Virus record (IMG/VR): IMGVR_UViG_3300049783_001162
Origin: an uncultured virus (IMG/VR IMGVR_UViG_3300049783_001162)
Taxonomy: Duplodnaviria; Heunggongvirae; Uroviricota; Caudoviricetes
DNA: 64,000 bases
Direction: 5' to 3' (one strand)
The first letter of the stretch is position 1; the number at the start of each line of letters is the position of its first letter. This document shows, piece by piece, positions 39,917-49,900 of this stretch. Made by a program: the position numbers and the translations under genes. The notes beneath the pieces were generated by a model, which saw only the letters and a program-made list of their open reading frames with translations, did no database searches and was not told the origin of the DNA.

Positions 39917-40546
39917 ATGGCAATTTCATCATTAACAAAACTATCAGTGCCGTTGGCAACAAATGACAGTGCAAGCGCACAAGGCTTGCTTATGCCCAAG
40001 CTGCAATATCGCTTCCGGGTAACACTCGAGGGATTCGGAATTAGTGCCCCTAGTACAGAGTTAACTAAGCAAGTTGTTGACGTAACTAGACCAAACCTTA
40101 CTTTTGAAAACATGGTACTTGATGTTTATAACTCAAAAGTAAACTTAGCAGGCAAGCACACATGGAACCCGATTACACTCAACTTACGTGAAGATGTAAA
40201 CAATAACGTTCAAAAACTAGTTGGCGAACAACTACAACAACAGTTTGATTTCATGGAACAAGCTAGTGCAGTATCTGGACAAGATTATAAGTTTTTAACT
40301 AGAATTGAAATCTTAGACGGCGGCAACGGTGCATTTGTTCCGGTTGTACTTGAAACATGGGAAGTATATGGTTGCTACGTTAGCGAAGCAAACTATAATA
40401 CACTTGCTTATGCAACTAGTGAACCAGTAACAGTTTCGCTAACAATGCAATATGACAACGCAATTCAAGTTGACGGCAGCGGCAGCGCAGCAGGAGTTGG
40501 AACAGCAGTAGGTAGACCTGGCGGATCTCTATCAACTGGTACTTAA
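39917..40546 (+). CDS. gp19: Tail tube protein (gp19-like)
   Basis: PKLQYRFRV, LAGKHTW.PI, W...GC, follows sheath gene. Confidence 0.85.
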   Translation: MAISSLTKLSVPLATNDSASAQGLLMPKLQYRFRVTLEGFGISAPSTELTKQVVDVTRPNLTFENMVLDVYNSKVNLAGKHTWNPITLNLREDVNNNVQKLVGEQLQQQFDFMEQASAVSGQDYKFLTRIEILDGGNGAFVPVVLETWEVYGCYVSEANYNTLAYATSEPVTVSLTMQYDNAIQVDGSGSAAGVGTAVGRPGGSLSTGT

Positions 40547-40568
40547 TTTAACTAATATATAATTTCTG

Positions 40569-40599
40569 AGAAAAGGAGGACACTACGTCCTCCTTTTCT
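40569..40599. terminator. Intrinsic terminator after tube gene
   Basis: agaaaaggagga-cactacg-tcctccttttct. Confidence 0.85.
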
Positions 40600-40637
40600 A
40601 TTATATACGCATAGAAATGTATAAGATAAATATTAGT

Positions 40638-41651
40638 ATGAACAACTTTGATAACCTTACTGTAAAAGACTATGCACATGCTTCGAGATTGTATGTAGCT
40701 GGAGACATGCGTCTTGCGCCAAAGTTCAAGCATTTATACCATGTGGTATTCAATGTTAATTCGCAAGCAAAGTTACAATCTCCTTTATTATCCGGTGTTG
40801 ATGCATCGGAAGTAAATATACTAGCAAAGAGTGTGGAGTTACCAAGGTACAACTTGCAGACAGCTTCACTTAACCAGTATAATAGAAAAAAAATAGTACA
40901 AACTGGTGTGCAGTATGTGCCGATTAATTTAGAATTTCACGATGATAATGCTGGACTAACTAGCTTGTTTTGGGAAGCATATTTTAGATATTACTATACT
41001 GATAGCAGTTATACTTCACGAGATGCGTCTGGCTCTCCTAATGCAACAACAGAAGCTTATCAAAAGGTCGCAAATGGACTTAACAGAAGTTACGGCAACA
41101 GCGAGACACAAAATTTTAGATACGGATTAGACAGTCCAAACAAGTCACAGAATTTTCTCAACAGCATACAGGTATATCAATTACATCCACAAAACGGAAA
41201 ATCGACATTTACTAGCTTTACATTGATTAATCCGTACATTGAGTCACTTGTACATGATACAATGCAGCAAGAAGGTTCGGAATTTTCAGTTAACCGAATG
41301 TCAATCAATTATGAATCTGTGCAGTACGGAAGAGGACAAACAAACACCGAATCGGCTCCGCAAGGGTTTGGCACACCTCAACATTACGATACATTTCCTT
41401 CGCCTATATCTGCTCAGCCGCGTCCTGAATCATCAATACTCGGTGCAGCCAACAGCGTTCGTGAATTAAGAAATACAAGTAGCAATGGCACATCGGCTGA
41501 ATTACAGCGTAGATTTTACCTAGGAACCAAGGAACAACAGTTACCTGGCACACCAACTACAACAACTCCTGCAAGGCAATTTGGCGCATATTCGTTTGCA
41601 AATATGCCAGTAGCAGGCAGCGAGACTATAGCATCAGCAAAGAGATTTTAA
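40638..41651 (+). CDS. Tube-like baseplate/tube initiator protein
   Basis: KSVELP.Y, NQYNRK, Y.PI...FHDD pattern of tube-fold paralogues; start re-called to 40638 after TAAATA. Confidence 0.6.
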   Translation: MNNFDNLTVKDYAHASRLYVAGDMRLAPKFKHLYHVVFNVNSQAKLQSPLLSGVDASEVNILAKSVELPRYNLQTASLNQYNRKKIVQTGVQYVPINLEFHDDNAGLTSLFWEAYFRYYYTDSSYTSRDASGSPNATTEAYQKVANGLNRSYGNSETQNFRYGLDSPNKSQNFLNSIQVYQLHPQNGKSTFTSFTLINPYIESLVHDTMQQEGSEFSVNRMSINYESVQYGRGQTNTESAPQGFGTPQHYDTFPSPISAQPRPESSILGAANSVRELRNTSSNGTSAELQRRFYLGTKEQQLPGTPTTTTPARQFGAYSFANMPVAGSETIASAKRF

Positions 41652-42019
41652 TGTCAACAATTGAAAATTTACAACAACCTCCGGACAGTGCAGACAAAAC
41701 ACGTTTGCTGTTTGATAGATATTTTACACAACAGTTATCATACCCAAGTAATCAAGTTAACGCAGTAGTGGGATTTTTTGAAAAAAGAGGGTTTGACGAA
41801 CTTGCGTCAACTAGTGTAACCAGTGTATTACTGCAACAGGCAAAGATTGATGGTATAAATGTATTTGAACTGCTTGACAGTTTAAAAGGATTCGACAAAG
41901 TAAAGTTGAGCAACATGGTAACAGCAGTGTTAAATGCCAATCGAAGTAAAATCAGTAAACTAGGATACAGAGAACCCCCTAACTTAGACAACCTCGAAGC
42001 AAGAAACATTGTTGTCTAA
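41651..42019 (+). CDS. Hypothetical protein
   Basis: 122 aa, translationally coupled on both sides. Confidence 0.65.
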   Translation: MSTIENLQQPPDSADKTRLLFDRYFTQQLSYPSNQVNAVVGFFEKRGFDELASTSVTSVLLQQAKIDGINVFELLDSLKGFDKVKLSNMVTAVLNANRSKISKLGYREPPNLDNLEARNIVV

Positions 42020-42453
42020 TGGCAAAATATGCACAAGGCAAATACACTGTCAAAAATCCCGGTAAGTATGTAGGTAAAAATTCTCCGACTTTTCGCAGTG
42101 GATGGGAATTTGCTTTTATGAAGTTTTGCGACGAGAATCCATATGTTACTAGTTGGGCAAGTGAAGCTATCCGCATTCCGTACAAAAATCCATTTACTGG
42201 AAAAAACACAATATATGTACCTGACTTTTTTATAGCATACACTGACGCAAAAGGCAAGCAACATGCAGAGCTAATCGAAGTAAAGCCTGCGAACCAACAA
42301 ATTAAAGAAAAGGCAAAAAGCCAAGTGCAGCAAGCACACTGGGTACTGAATCAAGCAAAGTGGGAAGCTGCAAGAGCATGGTGCAAACAAAGCGGACTGG
42401 TATTCAGAGTTGTAAATGAACATGACATGTTTCACAACGGTACTAGAAAATAA
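42019..42453 (+). CDS. gp4: Head completion nuclease (T4 gp4-like)
   Basis: FRSGWE..FM.FCD.NP....WASE, YVPDF, IEVKP, N.AKWEAA..WC. Confidence 0.9.
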   Translation: MAKYAQGKYTVKNPGKYVGKNSPTFRSGWEFAFMKFCDENPYVTSWASEAIRIPYKNPFTGKNTIYVPDFFIAYTDAKGKQHAELIEVKPANQQIKEKAKSQVQQAHWVLNQAKWEAARAWCKQSGLVFRVVNEHDMFHNGTRK

Positions 42454-42489
42454 TTGCTAAATAATAGTAGTATATTATAGGATACTGTT

Positions 42490-42993
42490 ATGACTAAGAA
42501 ATTAGAAGATTTACTTAATTTACCAAGTTCAAAAGAAGTGATCAAGAAGGCTGAGAAGCAAGAACATGATCAGGTAACTTATGAAATAGATCAACAAGAA
42601 AAAACTTTTAGAGATATTGGCGAATTTGACAAGATCAGTCTAGCGTTACCAGCAGTAAAAGGCCTCGGTGAACTAGCAGACAGAGAACTAAATGAAGTTT
42701 CTGATAAAGCAATGGCAGCATATGATGATTTAATGGACCTAGGCATGAACGTTGAAGCACGTTACAGCGGCAGAATATTCGAAGTTGCGGGCAATATGCT
42801 AAAGACCAATCTTGATGCAAAAGTAGCTAAATTAGACAAAAAACTAAAAATGATAGAATTGCAGCTTAAAAAAGAAAAATTGGACAACGATAGTAATACC
42901 ACTCCAGAAGGATTTACTGAAGGCGAAGGGTACGTTGTAACAGATAGAAACAGCTTAATTGAACGTCTCAAAGGCCTTAACAAAGATAAATAA
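42490..42993 (+). CDS. Putative terminase small subunit or other packaging protein
   Basis: 167 aa helical protein upstream of TerL; assignment positional. Confidence 0.4.
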   Translation: MTKKLEDLLNLPSSKEVIKKAEKQEHDQVTYEIDQQEKTFRDIGEFDKISLALPAVKGLGELADRELNEVSDKAMAAYDDLMDLGMNVEARYSGRIFEVAGNMLKTNLDAKVAKLDKKLKMIELQLKKEKLDNDSNTTPEGFTEGEGYVVTDRNSLIERLKGLNKDK

Positions 42994-43013
42994 TAAGTAA
43001 TAGGACCTTAAAC

Positions 43014-43565
43014 ATGAAAACTTTAAAAGATATTTTAGCAGAATCAAAGAAAACGTATCCGTTCAAGGTTGGCGTTGCAGGAGAACTTCCTGAGGAATTT
43101 GAAGACAAGCTCAGAAAAGCACTTGGCAAATTTGGACTCGAATCATTATCGGCTGGTAAAAAAACACCAATTCAATCACATCCATTAGACTTTCCAAAAT
43201 TGGAAAACATGGAAGTGACATACTGGGATATAGTATTAAATTATCCAACAACTGACAATGTGTTAAAAGAATACTTGGGCAATTTCTGTACTGTACATGA
43301 TTCTAATATCACAGTTCGAAATGCACATGGCCCAGTTAACAGACAAGAAGAAACAATTGGTGACGATTCACCATATGAAGCTCTAATAACCAAAGAAGAA
43401 CTTGATTGCGAATCTGCACAAGAATCAGTTGGTGACAGCCGCGTTATGGAATTACTAAAAGAGCTGGAAAAAGCCCGTAATGAACGCGACATGGGAGACA
43501 GTGGATTTAGCATTGAAGAACCAAAAGCTGAAGCTGAAAATACAAAAAGCATGATAGGAAAATAA
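43014..43565 (+). CDS. Hypothetical (probable internal head) protein
   Basis: MKTLKDILAES N-terminus resembling protease-processed head proteins; TAAATA upstream. Confidence 0.55.
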   Translation: MKTLKDILAESKKTYPFKVGVAGELPEEFEDKLRKALGKFGLESLSAGKKTPIQSHPLDFPKLENMEVTYWDIVLNYPTTDNVLKEYLGNFCTVHDSNITVRNAHGPVNRQEETIGDDSPYEALITKEELDCESAQESVGDSRVMELLKELEKARNERDMGDSGFSIEEPKAEAENTKSMIGK

Positions 43566-43566
43566 C

Positions 43567-44535
43567 ATGGACAACAACCAAGATATGAGAAGAATTCTAG
43601 CAGGCTTTAATAAGCTCACAGCTAGAAAGAACATAAACGAATCTAGATCAATATATGAGTGTCCGCCAGACGCTGACATGGGCTCCCCTGCAGAGTCTGC
43701 CGGAGGACAAATTAGCATTACTGGAGATGTAAGTGCAATTGGTGCAATGCTATCACAACTAGCAAGCATAGAGTCAAGTGGTAAAACAACAAATTTAACA
43801 ACAGTTGACGACCCTGCAATTCCAGGTGTAGACAGAGATCCGTTTGATAGCGATTCTGACGAAGGCCTTCTTGGTAATATAGCAGGCAGCGGCGTAGGAG
43901 CAATGGCAGGCACTGCACTTGGCGGCCCTATAGGCGGCGCAATTGGCGGCGCAGCAGGCGGCGCAATTGGCGACAAAATGACAGACGAAGAAGACTACGC
44001 AAACGCGCCAGAAGAAGATTATCGCGATACTGACTATATGACCAAGGACATTGCAGGCGGCCTCAACGGCGAAAAAGGTGCATACGCAGACGCCGAAGAT
44101 GGCGACAATCCAATGGCAGTTAAAGAAAAACAGAACCAATCCACAGAAGGCGAGTTTTTTGACGACGACGACAACTTAACAATCAGATGGTCGTATGACA
44201 ATGAAATGAACGACGAAATTGAAATATCTGCATACGACGAAGATGACAACGAAGTTGACCTAGATCAAAAGCAAACACGTCATTATCAAGAAATGATCAG
44301 AGACGAAATGCAGCGCAACGATGACGACCGAGGCGATGCAGAAATGCATGCACAACAAGATCGTGACCGCGATGCCATGGAACAAAGAGAAATAGCAGTT
44401 GAGGAAATTAAAGCTCGTCTGTACAAAGCCTTGTCAGAAGCATCCAAGCCAGACTTCCTTGATGTAGACAAAGATGGTGACAAAAAAGAACCATTCAAAA
44501 AAGCTGTTAAAGATAAGGCCGCTAAAGGAAAGTAA
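43567..44535 (+). CDS. Acidic modular protein with glycine zipper and KPDFLD module
   Basis: GLLGNIAGSGVGAMAGTALGGPIGGAIGGAAGGAIG; C-terminal KPDFLDVDKDGDKKEPFKKAVKDK. Confidence 0.65.
   Translation: MDNNQDMRRILAGFNKLTARKNINESRSIYECPPDADMGSPAESAGGQISITGDVSAIGAMLSQLASIESSGKTTNLTTVDDPAIPGVDRDPFDSDSDEGLLGNIAGSGVGAMAGTALGGPIGGAIGGAAGGAIGDKMTDEEDYANAPEEDYRDTDYMTKDIAGGLNGEKGAYADAEDGDNPMAVKEKQNQSTEGEFFDDDDNLTIRWSYDNEMNDEIEISAYDEDDNEVDLDQKQTRHYQEMIRDEMQRNDDDRGDAEMHAQQDRDRDAMEQREIAVEEIKARLYKALSEASKPDFLDVDKDGDKKEPFKKAVKDKAAKGK
44446..44516 (+). repeat. 71-bp dispersed repeat, copy 1
   Basis: Matches 47142-47212 with 5 third-position differences. Confidence 0.95.
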
Positions 44536-44538
44536 CCT

Positions 44539-46125
44539 ATGGCACCATCGACACTAGACGGCGTATTAATTAAGAAAGCCAACCGTCAGGAAACATACAC
44601 TGAACAACAAATCGAACAACTAGTTCAGTGTATGGATCCTGACGAGGGCTACCTTTACTTTGCCAGGATGTTTGCATATATTCAGCATCCAACTAGAGGC
44701 AAGCTACTTTATGACCCGTATGATTATCAGTTAGGATTGATGCACACGTATCACAACTATCGATTCAACATCAATATGATGCCTAGACAAACAGGCAAGA
44801 CCACTTGTGCAAGCATCTATCTTGCTTGGTTTGCAATGTTTAATCCAGATCAAACTATTTTAATTGCAGCACACAAATACACAGGTGCCCAGGAAATCAT
44901 GCAGCGTATCCGTTATGTTTACGAACTGTGTCCTGACCATATTAGAGCCGGAGTAACCAGTTACAACAAAGGTTCGATTGAATTCGAAAACGGTTCGCGT
45001 ATTATCAGTCAAACAACCACACCTACTACAGGACGTGGTTTGGCAATTTCGTTGTTATACTGTGACGAATTTGCATTTGTGCAACCAAACATTGCTGAAG
45101 AATTTTGGGCTTCTATCTCGCCTACACTAGCAACTGGTGGTCGTGCAATTATTACAAGTACTCCTAACTCAGACGAAGACACATTTGCTACTATTTGGAA
45201 AGATGCAGAGAAACGATTTGATGAGTACGGCGCTGAACAAGAATTAGGTGTCAACGGATTTCGTAGTTTTATCTCAGAGTGGCACGAGCATCCGGATAGA
45301 GACGAAGAGTGGAAAAAAGGCGAAGTAGGCCGAATCGGTGAAGAGCGCTTTAGACGCGAGTATGGTTGCGAATTTCTTGTATTTGACGAGACACTTATAC
45401 ACTCATTGAAACTTGCTACAATGGCTGGTGAAATGCCTATATTAAATATGGGGCACACTCGTTGGTTTAAAAAGCCAAATCCAAAGTACAGTTATGTGGT
45501 ATCATTGGATCCATCTATGGGCACAGGCGGCAATAATGCAGCATTGCAAATATACGAAATTCCTACTTACGAACAAGTTGGCGAATGGTGCCACAACGAA
45601 ACAGGAATTCCTGGCCAGGTACGTGTATTAAAAGACATTTGTCAATACATTTCTGATGAAACCAAAAGCAACGGCGACAACATATACTGGAGCGTCGAAA
45701 ACAACGGATTGGGCGAAGCAGCACTTATTGTAATCAACGACTACGGTGAAGAGAACATACCGGGATTGTTTATCAGTGAACCTATGAGAAAAGGCCATGT
45801 GCGAAAGTTCCGCAAGGGATTTAATACAACACACGGTGCAAAGATGACAATTTGTGCAAGATTAAAAACAATGATTGAAAACGATCAATTGTTGTTGCGA
45901 AGCAAGCCGCTGATATCCGAGTTAAAAAACTTTGTAAAATCAAACACTAGTTTTCAAGCAAAACAAGGACACGGTGACGACCTAGTTAGTGCTACATTGC
46001 TAGCTTTGCGAATGATTACAGTAATCAAGGACTGGGACCCATCTATTTACAATACCTTTATTCACCTCGAACCTGACGAAGATTATGAGCAGCCTATGCC
46101 TATCTTTGTCAGCAGTAGCTTTTGA
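44539..46125 (+). CDS. gp17: Terminase large subunit (T4 gp17-like)
   Basis: PRQTGKTT Walker A, LYCDEFAFV Walker B, ITSTPN, FRREYGCEF, VENN, DDLV. Confidence 0.96.
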   Translation: MAPSTLDGVLIKKANRQETYTEQQIEQLVQCMDPDEGYLYFARMFAYIQHPTRGKLLYDPYDYQLGLMHTYHNYRFNINMMPRQTGKTTCASIYLAWFAMFNPDQTILIAAHKYTGAQEIMQRIRYVYELCPDHIRAGVTSYNKGSIEFENGSRIISQTTTPTTGRGLAISLLYCDEFAFVQPNIAEEFWASISPTLATGGRAIITSTPNSDEDTFATIWKDAEKRFDEYGAEQELGVNGFRSFISEWHEHPDRDEEWKKGEVGRIGEERFRREYGCEFLVFDETLIHSLKLATMAGEMPILNMGHTRWFKKPNPKYSYVVSLDPSMGTGGNNAALQIYEIPTYEQVGEWCHNETGIPGQVRVLKDICQYISDETKSNGDNIYWSVENNGLGEAALIVINDYGEENIPGLFISEPMRKGHVRKFRKGFNTTHGAKMTICARLKTMIENDQLLLRSKPLISELKNFVKSNTSFQAKQGHGDDLVSATLLALRMITVIKDWDPSIYNTFIHLEPDEDYEQPMPIFVSSSF

Positions 46126-46136
46126 TAAATAATAGT

Positions 46137-47603
46137 ATGAAAAACTTAGATCGCATCGGTGCTGAATTATTCAATAAAATTCGTGGACGTTTTCCTAACG
46201 TAACAATCGGCGACGAAGAAGGCAATGTAACAAATATTCCAGAGGAAGCCCGTTATTACGATTTTTCGTATACAAGCAACGGCGTTAGTCTTGGTAAAAT
46301 CAGTGTATCTCTTGACAACGAATCCGGAGTTTCTGTTATAGTAAGCAGAGACTTGGTAGCAGGTCAAGACGAAGACGTACAGGATGTATGGTATGACTTT
46401 TTAAGAGAGCTACGAATGTTTTCTAAAAAGAGACTAATGTCATTTGATGTACGTGATATAAACAAAAAACAATTAAACAAAAAAGATTATTACTTTTTAG
46501 CAAAAAATCGTTCTGGAGATGATCAGATGTCTGAATCAAAAATGTATGGTACAACAAATACCAGTTATCAAAAAATAGGCAACGCTAGGTTGGCAATCAA
46601 ACATTCGCAACCTATCAACGTAGAGAGTGTCAACAGTAGAACTCAAAAAATCAAAGCAATTTATGTTGAATCACCAGAGGGTGAAAGATTTAAGTATCCT
46701 TTCAAGCACCTAAGCGGCGCACGCGCAATGGCAATGCATGTTAGCGAAGGCGGCAATGCATACGACGACTTTGGCAAGTACATTTCCGGACTATCGGAAG
46801 AAGCATCCAAGTTGCGCAAGTTTAACCAATACATTGGACGCAGTTCAGTTATGGCAGAAACACTGGGCGGATACAAAGACATTGTTAAGAGCAGAGTCAA
46901 CGAAGTTAAAAAAGAAATTATGGGCCTGCAAAAAGCATCCTATTACAAGGAAGCAATTGCAAAGTTTACACCACCGTTGATAGAAGACGTTCCAGATGAC
47001 GTTTCAGAGAACTGGATTGACCAACTTACTATTAAGCAATTTAATGAAGAGTTAACAGACATTTTTCCTTACATTTATCGTTTAGTCGGTGAAGCATCCA
47101 AAGCCAAGGAAGTATCGTATGACGACCTTGTTGCAGAAGCAAAGCCAGACTTCCTTGATGTGGACAAAGATGGTGACAAAAAAGAACCATTTAAAAAAGC
47201 AGTCAAGGATAAAAAGAACAAAGAAGATGTAGCAATTGAAAGTGCATTTGATAAGTTAATGGGCCAGTGGAGCGAATCGCCAGACAGCAACGACGAAGTT
47301 CCTACAGACGACTCAAACATCAGTGACGAAGAACCTGCAAAGACTCCGTTAGGCGAATTTATTCTTAGTTACTTTGATAGGGAAACTAGAAAATTTCCAA
47401 AAGGCGAAACCGCAGTGTTAACGGCTGTACAAAAAGAATACGGCGAACAGCATGTAGTACCTTCCGCGTTGTATATAAAACGCATAGCAAACACCAACAC
47501 AGACCATTCGCAACTAAATGGCACACAGACACAACCGCAACCACAACCACAAGGCACACTAGCAGACGATACAGCAAGGCTAAGACGTCTATCCGGAATG
47601 TAA
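46137..47603 (+). CDS. Hypothetical (probable internal head) protein with KPDFLD module
   Basis: GERFKYPFKHLSGARAMA.HV..GG; ends RLRRLSGM; start re-called to 46137 after TAAATA. Confidence 0.65.
   Translation: MKNLDRIGAELFNKIRGRFPNVTIGDEEGNVTNIPEEARYYDFSYTSNGVSLGKISVSLDNESGVSVIVSRDLVAGQDEDVQDVWYDFLRELRMFSKKRLMSFDVRDINKKQLNKKDYYFLAKNRSGDDQMSESKMYGTTNTSYQKIGNARLAIKHSQPINVESVNSRTQKIKAIYVESPEGERFKYPFKHLSGARAMAMHVSEGGNAYDDFGKYISGLSEEASKLRKFNQYIGRSSVMAETLGGYKDIVKSRVNEVKKEIMGLQKASYYKEAIAKFTPPLIEDVPDDVSENWIDQLTIKQFNEELTDIFPYIYRLVGEASKAKEVSYDDLVAEAKPDFLDVDKDGDKKEPFKKAVKDKKNKEDVAIESAFDKLMGQWSESPDSNDEVPTDDSNISDEEPAKTPLGEFILSYFDRETRKFPKGETAVLTAVQKEYGEQHVVPSALYIKRIANTNTDHSQLNGTQTQPQPQPQGTLADDTARLRRLSGM
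47142..47212 (+). repeat. 71-bp dispersed repeat, copy 2
   Basis: Encodes the same KPDFLDVDKDGDKKEPFKKAVKDK peptide as 44446-44516. Confidence 0.95.
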
Positions 47604-47632
47604 TTTTTCTTCAGAATTAATTAAAATATTGG

Positions 47633-47747
47633 TAGACAAGATAAATAAAATAGTGTAGTATAATACTTGTACTGCACTACAAACAGGCACTACGATTAAG
47701 AACAAATAAAGAACACATAGGCAATAGCATTAACAGGAGGCATCACT
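47633..47747 (+). promoter_or_regulatory. gp32 promoter/leader region
   Basis: TAGACA-17-TAGTAT and TAAATA (47642); hairpin 47651-47679; A-rich leader with three AGGCA; SD AGGAGG. Confidence 0.6.
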
Positions 47748-48725
47748 ATGGCATCACTAGCAGAAATCAGAGCTAAACTAAAAGAACAAGAATCTCGCAC
47801 AGGTGGAAATAAAACCGGGGGCGATAACGCAATTTACCCATTTTGGAATATGAACGAAGGTGAAACTTCTACTATCAGATTCCTACCAGACGGTAACGAA
47901 GACAACACATTTTTCTGGACAGAACGTTTGATGATCAAACTTCCTTTTGCAGGGGTTAAGGGCGATACTGATTCTCGCCCGGTACAGGTACAAGTTCCGT
48001 GTATGGAAATGTATGGCGAAAGCTGCCCAATACTTGCAGAAGTACGTAATTGGTTCAAAGACCCAAGTTTGGAAGATATGGGTAGAAAGTATTGGAAAAA
48101 GCGTTCGTACGTTTTCCAAGGCTTGGTAACAGACAATGCATTAAAGGAAGATAGTACACCTGAGAACCCAGTTCGCAGATTTATTATTGGCCCGCAGATC
48201 TTTAAGATCATTAAGGCAGCACTTATGGATCCGGATATGGAAGAACTACCAACTGACTATGCTGGTGGTGTAGATTTCCGGTTAACTAAGTCCAGCAAAG
48301 GTGGTTATGCTGACTATTCAACATCAAATTGGGCACGTAGAGATCGTCCTTTGTCCGATGAAGAATTGGCTGCTGTCACTGCAAACGGATTGTTAAACCT
48401 AAGCGACTTTCTTCCTAAGAAGCCATCTGACATCGAAGTTAAAGTATTAACTGAAATGTTTGAAGCAAGTGTTGACGGAGAACCATACGACCCGGATCGC
48501 TGGAGTCAATACTTCCGCCCCGCAGGTATGGCACAACGCACAGGTGATCCAAAAGCACCAGCTGCTACACCAGCTGCTACCCCAGCAGTTACTAAGACTG
48601 AAGACGTTCCGTTTAAGTCTGATGAAGAAGTAGCAACAGAATCAGCACCAGCTTCTGCTCCGGCAGAAAACGCAGGCGGCGCGCAAGATATTCTTGCAAT
48701 GATTCGTTCACGTCAAAACACATAA
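47748..48725 (+). CDS. gp32: Single-stranded DNA-binding protein (T4 gp32-like)
   Basis: IRFLPD, C...YGESCPI, YWKKRSY, G.DF.L.K..KGGYADY..S; upstream of uvsX. Confidence 0.85.
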   Translation: MASLAEIRAKLKEQESRTGGNKTGGDNAIYPFWNMNEGETSTIRFLPDGNEDNTFFWTERLMIKLPFAGVKGDTDSRPVQVQVPCMEMYGESCPILAEVRNWFKDPSLEDMGRKYWKKRSYVFQGLVTDNALKEDSTPENPVRRFIIGPQIFKIIKAALMDPDMEELPTDYAGGVDFRLTKSSKGGYADYSTSNWARRDRPLSDEELAAVTANGLLNLSDFLPKKPSDIEVKVLTEMFEASVDGEPYDPDRWSQYFRPAGMAQRTGDPKAPAATPAATPAVTKTEDVPFKSDEEVATESAPASAPAENAGGAQDILAMIRSRQNT

Positions 48726-48730
48726 AATTA

Positions 48731-48774
48731 AATAACAGCCTTGGCTACTGAAGTATTCGAGGCTGTTATTCTTT
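48731..48774 (+). terminator. Hairpin/terminator between gp32 and uvsX
   Basis: aataacagcctt ... gaggctgttatt then cttt. Confidence 0.6.
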
Positions 48775-48793
48775 GGCTTAATAGGAGAAATTA

Positions 48794-49900
48794 ATGGCTA
48801 CTAAATCATTTGATCCCTCGAAATTTCGCAATAGTTTAACAAAATCTATTAAAGGAATGAGTTCGGGATTCCACGACCCAACAGACTGGGTTTCAACAGG
48901 AAACTTTGCACTTAACTATTTGATCAGTGGAGACTTTACCAAAGGTATTCCACTAGGAAAAGTAAGTGTGTTTGCAGGCGAGTCTGGCGCAGGTAAATCT
49001 TTTATTTGCTCTGGTACACTTGTACGCGAAGCACAAAAGCAAGGAATCTTTGTAGTTCTTGTTGACACTGAGAACGCACTTGACGAAAGCTGGCTACAGG
49101 CTCTTGATGTAGACACTGACGAAAGCAAAATGTTAAAGCTCAATATGGCAATGATCGACGATGTTGCCAAGACAATTCACATGTTTATGAACGACTACAG
49201 AGACATGGTGGAAGAGGATCGACCAAAGGTTCTCTTTGTTGTTGATTCGTTGGGCATGCTTATGTCACCAACTGAAGTTAATCAGTTTGAAGCAGGCGAC
49301 ATGAAAGGTGACTTTGGACGCAAAGCAAAGGCACTAAAAGCACTGGTTACCAACTGTGTTAACATGTTTGGTTCATACAATGTAGGAATGGTTGTTACCA
49401 ACCACACTTACCAAAGTCAAGACATGTTTGATCCAGACGATAAGATTTCCGGCGGCCAAGGCTTCATCTATGCATCATCAATTGTTGTTGCTATGAAGAA
49501 GCTAAAACTAAAAGAAGACGAAAACGGTGTTAAGTCATCAACTGTACATGGTATTCGAGCCAAGTGCAAGATAATGAAAACTCGTTATTCAAAACCGTTT
49601 GAAAGTGTTGAAGTGCGTATTCCTTATGCAACAGGCATGGATCCGTACAGCGGATTATTTGACTTGTTTGACGGTCAAGGCCTTCTTGAAAAAGTAGGAA
49701 ACCGTTATAAGTACATAATGGAAGACGGCGAAGAAATTCTTGAGTTCCGCAAAAGGTGGACTGGCGATCTTCTTGATCGTGCAATGGTCGACTTTATCAT
49801 CAAGAAAGAAAAAGCAATAACTGATAGAGCAAACGGCATTAGCAACGACGACGATGTTGACGAAGCAGTCAATGTTGATTATGCCGAGGAGCAAGAATAA
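48794..49900 (+). CDS. uvsX: RecA-like recombinase UvsX
   Basis: AGESGAGKS Walker A, DTENA, VVDSLG, TNHTY, SGGQG..YASS. Confidence 0.93.
   Translation: MATKSFDPSKFRNSLTKSIKGMSSGFHDPTDWVSTGNFALNYLISGDFTKGIPLGKVSVFAGESGAGKSFICSGTLVREAQKQGIFVVLVDTENALDESWLQALDVDTDESKMLKLNMAMIDDVAKTIHMFMNDYRDMVEEDRPKVLFVVDSLGMLMSPTEVNQFEAGDMKGDFGRKAKALKALVTNCVNMFGSYNVGMVVTNHTYQSQDMFDPDDKISGGQGFIYASSIVVAMKKLKLKEDENGVKSSTVHGIRAKCKIMKTRYSKPFESVEVRIPYATGMDPYSGLFDLFDGQGLLEKVGNRYKYIMEDGEEILEFRKRWTGDLLDRAMVDFIIKKEKAITDRANGISNDDDVDEAVNVDYAEEQE

Noticed and set aside
42019..42453. TnsA-like transposase indicating a Tn7 element
   Set aside because: Motifs and context match the T4 gp4 head-completion nuclease; no other tns genes or transposon ends.
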